From: a virus
Length of the DNA stretch: 64,000 nucleotides
Direction: 5' to 3' (one strand)
IMG/VR virus record: IMGVR_UViG_3300045988_054045
Below, piece by piece: positions 54,184 through 61,237 of this stretch; position 1 is the first letter of the stretch, and every line of letters begins with the position of its first letter. The position numbers and the translations under genes were made by a program. The notes beneath the pieces were generated by a model. The model was not told the origin of the DNA, searched no databases, and saw only the letters and a list, made by a program, of their open reading frames with translations.

Positions 54184-54857
54184 TATTTAGGAGTTTGGTC
54201 ATTAGGTAATATTGGAGCAGCTAACTGTCTGTAATAACGTAGCTTCTTCTCTGTCAATCTCTTCTTTATTTCTGCATCAATGAAAGTCATATTATTAATG
54301 TCTAATGCTGAACAACATCCGTATGTTTGTAACTGTCTTGGGTCTTTAAATATACCGACTACAGATACTTGCTTAATAACAGGAAGATTGAATATCCAGC
54401 AGTCATACATATTGTTAGCATTTGGAGTTACATCCACATATACATAAGGCTTGTTCTTAGCCCTCTTCCTATATTTATGATACTGCATCACAGTAGGACT
54501 TACATACCATATAAATGGCTGACCTTTATCCACAGAACCAATATATTCAATTCCACCATCAAATTCGGTTATTAGTTGTGGTATTTCAAAATGGAATGTA
54601 GGAGTACCATCCGCCTTATTTCCACACGTACAGTTCTCTATATCCTTACAATCAACGTTTATACAGTTTATAGACATTAATAAATCCCTTTTAGGAATAA
54701 GTCCCTTCATGGAATATTCCTTAATGATTTGAAGTCTTTCATCTACAATGTCATCTTCTAATTGTTCTATTGATAATGTATTGGAAGTGGTATATCCTCT
54801 AAGTCCAGATACTATATCGTTATAGATTGCAGATGCTAATTTAAAATAATATCCCAT
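54183..54857 (-). CDS. Hypothetical virion-module protein (224 aa)
   Basis: ATG ORF and the first gene after the 54861-54901 terminator. It has a Cys-rich patch (CINVDCKDIENCTCGNK). No family recognised. Confidence 0.5.
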   Translation of the reverse strand: MGYYFKLASAIYNDIVSGLRGYTTSNTLSIEQLEDDIVDERLQIIKEYSMKGLIPKRDLLMSINCINVDCKDIENCTCGNKADGTPTFHFEIPQLITEFDGGIEYIGSVDKGQPFIWYVSPTVMQYHKYRKRAKNKPYVYVDVTPNANNMYDCWIFNLPVIKQVSVVGIFKDPRQLQTYGCCSALDINNMTFIDAEIKKRLTEKKLRYYRQLAAPILPNDQTPK

Positions 54858-54860
54858 AAA

Positions 54861-54901
54861 TACAAAATAAAAAAGGCGAAGGCTTAATTTGCCCTCGCCT
54901 T
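54861..54901 (-). terminator. Intrinsic terminator (minus strand) after the 290-aa gene
   Basis: The minus-strand RNA reads AAGGCGAGGGC-AAATTAA-GCCTTCGCCTT, giving an 11-bp stem with one G-U. TTTTTTATTTTGTATTT follows. On the + strand the same position would be an A-C mismatch, so the structure is strand-specific. Confidence 0.7.
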
Positions 54902-54918
54902 CGTATTAGTAGTCTATA

Positions 54919-55791
54919 TTAAGCTACTGGAGCGTTCTCTGCACCTGGTTTCTTGATTTCTGTAATAGTACCAAGAACTTTCAGAGCAGTCTCAAATCCA
55001 GTTGCTAATGAATCTAGTACATAGAATACGTGAGTAGTCTTTGATGTTACTTGCTGACCTACAGCTGCACCACCGAATAGACCTCTATCAACCTTATACT
55101 CAATGATGTACTGGTTGTACTTAGCTCCTGGAACAGGAAGCTCTTCTTGATTAACAGCCTCGAACTTTCTAGCTTCGATAGTAGGTAATCTAAGGTCTTT
55201 TAGGATATGAGTATAAGTACCGAATCCTTCTACACTCTTAGTGATTGTACCTTCAATAACATCCTCAAATACTTCATTAGTAAGTGGGTTGTTAGCTGCT
55301 GTGTTAAGTTTTTGAATCTTAGCTTCAGTGAATAGTTGATACTCGTCGACTCCATGAATTGTTAGTTTAGCGTCAGATGTCTCAACTTTAATATACTTGT
55401 CGCCATAGAAAGCCTGAATCTTGTCAATAACCCTCTTAATTTCCTTTGCTACATCAGCAGCTTCTGTGCTTGCAGAAGTAATTCTGAACTCATAAACAAA
55501 AGGCTTACCTTTGAATACGAAGTCATTAGCATAGTAAGAGTTTTGGCTTCCAGATAATCTCATGTATAACTTCAACCTATAGATGCCTACGCCTGGGTTA
55601 GTAATAGTAAACTCTGCCTTACCAATCACTGGGTCAGAAGCAGCTCTCTTGTACATTGCGCTTACATTGCTCTTTAGGTACTTGTTAACACGTCTAACTT
55701 CAACGTAGTCAGAACCTTTAACAATCTTATCTAAACCAGTGGTTACATCTTTCAGTGAGTTTAATACAATAGTGTTAGTGTACTGAAACAT
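54919..55791 (-). CDS. Virion structural protein (290 aa), probably abundant
   Basis: This is the third gene downstream of the putative MCP and is followed by the strongest terminator of the module. No motif recognised. Confidence 0.5.
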   Translation of the reverse strand: MFQYTNTIVLNSLKDVTTGLDKIVKGSDYVEVRRVNKYLKSNVSAMYKRAASDPVIGKAEFTITNPGVGIYRLKLYMRLSGSQNSYYANDFVFKGKPFVYEFRITSASTEAADVAKEIKRVIDKIQAFYGDKYIKVETSDAKLTIHGVDEYQLFTEAKIQKLNTAANNPLTNEVFEDVIEGTITKSVEGFGTYTHILKDLRLPTIEARKFEAVNQEELPVPGAKYNQYIIEYKVDRGLFGGAAVGQQVTSKTTHVFYVLDSLATGFETALKVLGTITEIKKPGAENAPVA

Positions 55792-55798
55792 AAATTAA

Positions 55799-56749
55799 TT
55801 AATTTTTTGATTGTGACTGTTGCTGAACTGGATTTGCAATAGTCTGATTAACTGCTAAATTAGTTTGAAGCCTTGGGTCACCTGCGTTCTCCAATAATAG
55901 CTTTGCCAGTTCATTTATAATCTCTTGACACACATAATCTGGAAACTCCATGACTTGTGATGTATCTTCAACCATTTCTATCTGGTCTTGTGTAAGTCTA
56001 ATTTTTTGAGGAGTCTTAATGTAATCAACGAATATATCAGTTAATTGAAATACAGAAGAATCCTTGCCATACCTAATTTCAAGTCTAACTTGAGATGGAT
56101 TTCCATACCTATTAACTCCTGGCTGTTCTACTAAATCGACTGATTTACCTCCAATAGTAATCTTTGTTGGAAGTGAGCCATCTGTACCAGTAGTTTGTTG
56201 AATAGTTGTGTTTGCTGATATACTTCCCTCACCAGCAGTAAGTCTAACTGGATTAGTAGGCATCGTTGTAGCACTATTTACGTTGTGTATGAAGTAATAA
56301 GGATTTCTATAAGAGGGTTGCATATAGAAGTTCCTTATTATCTGCGACCATAAATCTGAGGTTAATCTCTTAGCACCTATTTGTACATAAGTACCAGCAT
56401 CATAACACTCATAAGTCTTTACTACTTTGAAATTGCATACACAATTCAAAATATGTAAATAGTCCAGTGGTAGATTTACTTCATAAACAGCACCATACAA
56501 TGAGTTAGTTTGGGAACTAACAGCAGCGTATGTGTTTGTAGCCAGAGTAGGCTGGAGGATGGCAGTAGATTTTAAAACTCTAATGTCATCAGTTGATTGT
56601 TGATTTACATCATAAATGTTATACTTCTTATTAATGTATTGGTATATAGCCTTATTTAATAAGTAGTTAAAGTCCTCAAGTAAAATACTAGGAGCAGCAG
56701 TTTTATTCATTTCAACTAGTGCTCCACGGTACACTTGTTTTGCTGTCAT
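55799..56749 (-). CDS. Hypothetical virion-module protein (316 aa)
   Basis: ATG ORF lying 7 nt upstream of the 290-aa gene. No motif recognised. Confidence 0.5.
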   Translation of the reverse strand: MTAKQVYRGALVEMNKTAAPSILLEDFNYLLNKAIYQYINKKYNIYDVNQQSTDDIRVLKSTAILQPTLATNTYAAVSSQTNSLYGAVYEVNLPLDYLHILNCVCNFKVVKTYECYDAGTYVQIGAKRLTSDLWSQIIRNFYMQPSYRNPYYFIHNVNSATTMPTNPVRLTAGEGSISANTTIQQTTGTDGSLPTKITIGGKSVDLVEQPGVNRYGNPSQVRLEIRYGKDSSVFQLTDIFVDYIKTPQKIRLTQDQIEMVEDTSQVMEFPDYVCQEIINELAKLLLENAGDPRLQTNLAVNQTIANPVQQQSQSKN

Positions 56750-56759
56750 TTAGGTAATG

Positions 56760-57596
56760 TTATTTCTTTGATGTACCTTCTTCTAAGTACATATCAGGAT
56801 AAGTATCTCTCTTGATAAGTTCAAGCACCTTACTGTTAGTAGGGTTCTTCATCCATGTGATAACTGCATCATCAGTTGCACCTAGTACAATGCTATCACC
56901 ATATAGATAAACCTTGTTCTTAACATATATGACGTTTTTGTCTTTAGCGTCAATAAACATCAATCTCAGATTAATATCACCACCTGTGTACAGGTCAATA
57001 ATCTTCTCTGGAGATTTATGTGAAATTTCAAGTAAGTAGTCTGTAATGTCTGCGTCTGGTGCATTACGCATATTCTTACCAAGTAATCTAGCTTTAAGTG
57101 CTCTACCTTCTGCACCTTTAGGGTCTCCATATATGTAAGAGTCAGCATCATGGATAAGTTTCTTCTTAGAAATCCTCTTAGCAGTATCATATCCAGGTCT
57201 TTCTACATATAGTTCAGCAGTACCATAACGTGCACGAGCCTTACCTTCAGCTATTTCTCCGTCAATTAGTAGATTACCTTTAGAATCCCTTGCATCTCTA
57301 GATAGAGCAATGAGAGGGCAATGTTGGATTGAGTGCCACTCAGCAGCTTGCCATTCATCGTTAAGGTTAAATGTAGTTCCATCTTCAATAATGAAGACCT
57401 TATTCTCAGGGATTAGGGGTTTGCCTTCATTTCTATCCTTATCAGAGATAATCATATCACCCTTGCTATCAACTGGTCTAACGCAATCAGGGAATCTACC
57501 AGTTTTTGGGTCTCTTACAGGATTCATAAAGTATTTCTGTCCGACTTTACCGAACACACTTCTCAAAATAATTATATCGTCTAAAACATCAGCCAT
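56760..57596 (-). CDS. Hypothetical virion-module protein (278 aa)
   Basis: ATG ORF immediately downstream of the MCP candidate. No motif recognised. Confidence 0.5.
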   Translation of the reverse strand: MADVLDDIIILRSVFGKVGQKYFMNPVRDPKTGRFPDCVRPVDSKGDMIISDKDRNEGKPLIPENKVFIIEDGTTFNLNDEWQAAEWHSIQHCPLIALSRDARDSKGNLLIDGEIAEGKARARYGTAELYVERPGYDTAKRISKKKLIHDADSYIYGDPKGAEGRALKARLLGKNMRNAPDADITDYLLEISHKSPEKIIDLYTGGDINLRLMFIDAKDKNVIYVKNKVYLYGDSIVLGATDDAVITWMKNPTNSKVLELIKRDTYPDMYLEEGTSKK

Positions 57597-57645
57597 ATTA
57601 ATTCTTATTTTTGTTGTATATCATACACTATCTTTATAATGAGTA

Positions 57646-57672
57646 TGAGAGGGACTATATTAGCCCCTCCCA
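57646..57672 (-). terminator. Strand-specific stem-loop just after the MCP candidate stop (attenuator or RNA-stability element; weak terminator)
   Basis: The minus RNA TGGGAGGGGC-TAATATA-GTCCCTCTCA forms a 10-bp stem with two G-U pairs, which would be A-C mismatches on the + strand. No clear U-tract follows. Confidence 0.3.
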
Positions 57673-57698
57673 ACACATCTTGATTTTTATGTTATTTA

Positions 57699-59120
57699 TT
57701 AGGCTTCTTTCATAATGAAGCTTCTGTATGGAGAGAATACTCCAACACCAGAATAACCCCAGTTGATAACCTTAGATGCAGCTGTAGTACTTGAAACAAT
57801 ACCAGAGCTTAGACCATCTAGACCACCCACACCTGGGTACTTATTAGTAATGAAGTCACCACCCTTTAATGTGAACATTTGGATAGCTGGTTCACCACTA
57901 GTCTTATCAGCAGTAAGGTCAAGCATTAGACCAAAGCCTTTCTCAGAACCCCATTCACGAGAGAATGTTCTATCAACCTTGAATGAAATAGTGTTACCAC
58001 CGATTTCATAGCTATTGAATGTAGCACCAACGTCTACATATCCATTAGCCTTCTTAGACCATAGATAAGTTCCACAAGTTTTGAATCTAGCAAGCCACTC
58101 TGATAGACAGCTCTGAATGTCATTCCACATCTTTTCGTTGCAGATGAATACGTACTTGTTACCTGTTGGGTTCTCACTCTTTTCATTCATCATAGCCATA
58201 GCAGTAGTGAATGCTTCTGGAGTAAGTTTGTTATATACGTACTTAGATGCAAATCTCTCGATTTGTGGGATGATACCGTCACCAATATAGATTGGACGAC
58301 CAGTGTCAGGGTCAGAGATTGTTGGTTTACCGTTCTTATCTACGTTAGTCTTATTGAATAATAGACCTTGATTACGAACTTCCAAGAAGTTTCTTAATAG
58401 ATTCTTCTCAAGAGTATCCATCTTATACATTGTCTCTTTTACAGCACCATTACCTTCACCCTTACCAATGCTGATGAATGTTTGCTCAAGTGGCTTGAAT
58501 AGAGAAGTATAGCTATCATCAACACGGTGTGTAGTGATGTAACCTCTGTGTCTTTCAATGTTAGATTGATACTTAACATATCCCTCTTCATGTGCTTCAG
58601 GCATAGCGTTAGATTGGAAACGAGTAGTGTCACCAATTTGGCATCCGTCTAAGTCTAGGATTGAAGAATAGTCGTTATCAATTAGTCTTACCTCAACTGT
58701 CCAATAGTTATCTGCAACTCTTGTAGGTCTGGAGATAACTTGGCATTGCTGCATAGTCTTGTCAATCTTGAAAATGTCATACTTCTGGTAATAGTTCTCT
58801 TTGAACGCCATTACGATGGTTGTACCACCTTCACCATTAGTTGCTGGAACATCTGCGAACTCAACTCTCTTAATGTAGTTAGTTTCAACTTCCCACTCGA
58901 AGTACATACTATCAATGCTTCTGTACTTGCTATTTGATTTAGAATCCATGTAGAAGATATTTCTTAGAGATTCTGTTAAGTAAGAAGCAGTTAAGTTAGG
59001 GTAGAGTCTTGAAACTATACCAAGTCTAGTTGGTTTTGTGCCTAAGAACTTATAGAAATCTTCATAAGTTCTAGTTTCGCTCATTGTAGGGCGATTGGTT
59101 ACGAAATTTGCTACTATCAT
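57699..59120 (-). CDS. Putative major capsid protein (473 aa)
   Basis: The call rests on position and size. The gene directly follows an acidic coiled-coil scaffold-like gene and lies downstream of a host-type promoter. It is preceded by fibre and lysin genes and followed by small structural genes, matching the gene order reported for crAss-like phages. The fold is not verifiable by eye. Confidence 0.5.
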   Translation of the reverse strand: MIVANFVTNRPTMSETRTYEDFYKFLGTKPTRLGIVSRLYPNLTASYLTESLRNIFYMDSKSNSKYRSIDSMYFEWEVETNYIKRVEFADVPATNGEGGTTIVMAFKENYYQKYDIFKIDKTMQQCQVISRPTRVADNYWTVEVRLIDNDYSSILDLDGCQIGDTTRFQSNAMPEAHEEGYVKYQSNIERHRGYITTHRVDDSYTSLFKPLEQTFISIGKGEGNGAVKETMYKMDTLEKNLLRNFLEVRNQGLLFNKTNVDKNGKPTISDPDTGRPIYIGDGIIPQIERFASKYVYNKLTPEAFTTAMAMMNEKSENPTGNKYVFICNEKMWNDIQSCLSEWLARFKTCGTYLWSKKANGYVDVGATFNSYEIGGNTISFKVDRTFSREWGSEKGFGLMLDLTADKTSGEPAIQMFTLKGGDFITNKYPGVGGLDGLSSGIVSSTTAASKVINWGYSGVGVFSPYRSFIMKEA

Positions 59121-59137
59121 ACTTTATAATTTAAATT

Positions 59138-60229
59138 TTAATCTAAATCATCGATTGTTAATACTTTTTTAGCAGGAGCAGCTTTACCACCTGCTGGTTT
59201 CTTGACTACTGTCTTAGCTGCATTAGGGGCTTTACCACCCTTAGCATCTTCAAATCCCTTATTATAATTGTATTTGGATGCTTCTGTAATCTTCTGTTTG
59301 TAATAATCAGTAATTTGACTAAATGCCTCTTGTCCCTTCAGTGCATACCAAACCATTCCCACTAAGGTTTTAGGGTCATTCAACGCTTTAGCGATGTGTC
59401 TCACTCCTGTAACATCTGAATCTAAGATAAAGCTAGCAATTTCATTCATATCGTCCTCAGACAAGGTTAGTGAGGACTCACCCAAATCAATGGTATCATT
59501 CTCTTGAATTGCAGCTACAATAGTATCTTCGAACTCTTGAGCAGCTTTTTCAGCAGCTAATCTTTGTTCTTCTTCCTCTTGTTGAGCTAGCAACTCTTCT
59601 TTCTTCTTATATTCGTTGCGGATACCTTGAACCTTTTTCTGATATAGAGTCTCATTCTGCTTAGCTAATTCTAACTCAGCAGCAGCATCTTCATCAGTAA
59701 GTTCTGGGATTTTAGCTTTTAAATCTATAAGATACAGTTCATCATCTGGAATAGAATCAACCTCATACACAGGAGTGTCTTCTTGGTTATTAGCTAAGTA
59801 GTCTTGAATGGCTTGCTGAGCAATATATTTCTTATATTCCTCTACGTTTAGATTATTTTCTCTAAGCTCATTAATAAGAGAAATCTCATCCTCTCCTAAC
59901 CCATAATCGTCGTTTGACTCATTATAGTTTAGGATTTGTAATTGTTCCTCTCTTGAAAGCTCATCAAAACTCTTTTCCTCAATCTCTCCTGCCTCGTTCT
60001 CAAACTTGATTGCTTTAGGATTGATTCCTTTATCTTTTAGTAGACTAGAAATGAGGTCATCATCCTCTGGCTCGTCTGAAGGTTCACCATTATCAGGCTC
60101 TGGGTCTTGAGGTACAGAACCATCAAGCCAGGGCTTTTCATAGGTCTCTTCATCGAACTCTTCTTGAGGGGTTACGTCTTCGTCTAATCCTACATCGTCA
60201 ATGTCTAAATCCTCTAATTTCATACTCAT
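59138..60229 (-). CDS. Acidic coiled-coil protein; scaffolding-protein candidate (363 aa)
   Basis: The start is set at ATG 60229 (MSMKLEDLDIDD...), because the upstream 30 codons of the track ORF cover the promoter region. The protein is extremely Asp/Glu-rich and has heptad-like stretches (LLAQQEEEEQRLAAEKAAQEFE). The gene lies 17 nt upstream of the MCP candidate. Confidence 0.45.
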   Translation of the reverse strand: MSMKLEDLDIDDVGLDEDVTPQEEFDEETYEKPWLDGSVPQDPEPDNGEPSDEPEDDDLISSLLKDKGINPKAIKFENEAGEIEEKSFDELSREEQLQILNYNESNDDYGLGEDEISLINELRENNLNVEEYKKYIAQQAIQDYLANNQEDTPVYEVDSIPDDELYLIDLKAKIPELTDEDAAAELELAKQNETLYQKKVQGIRNEYKKKEELLAQQEEEEQRLAAEKAAQEFEDTIVAAIQENDTIDLGESSLTLSEDDMNEIASFILDSDVTGVRHIAKALNDPKTLVGMVWYALKGQEAFSQITDYYKQKITEASKYNYNKGFEDAKGGKAPNAAKTVVKKPAGGKAAPAKKVLTIDDLD

Positions 60230-60253
60230 ATTATTCCCTTTTAAAGTTATTTG

Positions 60254-60284
60254 CAAAATTAAGGAATTTTTAGGGTGTCCCAAA
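60254..60284 (-). promoter_or_regulatory. Bacteroidota-type promoter (minus strand) for the scaffold and capsid genes
   Basis: On the minus strand, TTTG occupies plus-strand coordinates 60284-60281 and TAATTTTG occupies 60261-60254, with a 19-nt spacer. The site lies about 25 nt upstream of ATG 60229. Confidence 0.5.
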
Positions 60285-60328
60285 ATGAAAGATTGAAATT
60301 CCTTAATATTTAAGGACACCCTTAGTTA

Positions 60329-60922
60329 TTATCCCTGTATTGCCTTGATGTAATCCAATATACCCTCTATGTGTAGGCGAGCTATAGTTGCTCTACCTTC
60401 ATCTGATAGTAGATATTCTACGTCCTCTTTATTATCTTGAAACAGATTCTCAGTTAAAACTGCTGGGCACTTAGTCTCCCTGCATATAGCTAAATTCTGT
60501 TTCCAATATACTTGTGTTTGTGAATATTTCCTTAGTGCTAAACCCTCTTTACGTGCTGCTTCGAACAAGCACTCTGCCAGTTTCTTACTCTTACTTGAGC
60601 TATTGTTGGAGACAAATACACTCCAGCCTTTAGCATTCATCCAATCTGCCCCGCTACCAGCAGCATTACAGTGAATCGACACCAATACAGTATTAGCTTT
60701 TCCATGTTTATCACAGTATTGGTTTACTATTCGGCATCTCTGCATCAGTGGTACATCAGTATCATCTGTAACTACCAATTCTACATCGAAACCTTTATCC
60801 ATTAATTGTTTCTTTACTTCGTTAGCAATCTCTCTACAGTATTTATACTCTCTAAGCCTTCCATCTGGACTTCTTTTTCCAGATGTAGACTCTCCATGAC
60901 CTGCATCCAATAGAATTATCAT
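60329..60922 (-). CDS. N-acetylmuramoyl-L-alanine amidase (Amidase_3-type endolysin)
   Basis: Motifs are IILLDAGHGESTSG, VLVSIHCNAAG and AVLTENLFQDNKEDVEYL, giving the Zn-ligand pattern H...E...H plus the catalytic E of the Amidase_3 family. No signal peptide is present. Confidence 0.85.
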   Translation of the reverse strand: MIILLDAGHGESTSGKRSPDGRLREYKYCREIANEVKKQLMDKGFDVELVVTDDTDVPLMQRCRIVNQYCDKHGKANTVLVSIHCNAAGSGADWMNAKGWSVFVSNNSSSKSKKLAECLFEAARKEGLALRKYSQTQVYWKQNLAICRETKCPAVLTENLFQDNKEDVEYLLSDEGRATIARLHIEGILDYIKAIQG

Positions 60923-61233
60923 AGTTTACTAAATTTTAGACAAGTATCAAGAGTTGATAATGTTATCTTTCCTTCACTGTCAAGCTCTTGTATTCTCTTC
61001 TTTATAATCCCAAGCTGAGAATAGTTAATATCTATTTCCTTTTGTATATCTTTACTTGGATTCCATCTAATTTGACCACCATCTTCTTTATATTGTATCT
61101 CATCTTTCTCTTCATCTGTGAATCTTAGTGACTTCACTAACTCTACAATTTCAACTAAGTCACTCATATTGCCTGCTGTAGGAAGCATGGCAATTATAGT
61201 TAATCTGTCTCTAATACCTAAGTTTACAACCAT
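60919..61233 (-). CDS. Hypothetical protein (104 aa from ATG 61233; an alternative ATG 61266 would overlap the fibre gene by 29 nt)
   Basis: ATGA overlap with the amidase gene. There is no TM segment, so it is not an obvious holin. It could be a fibre-assembly or accessory protein, by position only. Confidence 0.45.
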   Translation of the reverse strand: MVVNLGIRDRLTIIAMLPTAGNMSDLVEIVELVKSLRFTDEEKDEIQYKEDGGQIRWNPSKDIQKEIDINYSQLGIIKKRIQELDSEGKITLSTLDTCLKFSKL

Positions 61234-61237
61234 AATA

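Noticed and set aside
56966-57639. Overlapping ORFs 56966-57190 (-) and 57310-57639 (+) within or antisense to the 278-aa gene
   Set aside because: They are nested in or antisense to a longer, well-coupled ORF. The + strand one would run against the whole transcription unit with no promoter.
60230-60319. N-terminal 30-codon extension of the scaffold-like ORF (MSLNIKEFQSFILGHPKNS...)
   Set aside because: The region contains the TTTG/TAATTTTG promoter match and the interleaved inverted repeats. The acidic protein proper starts at ATG 60229.
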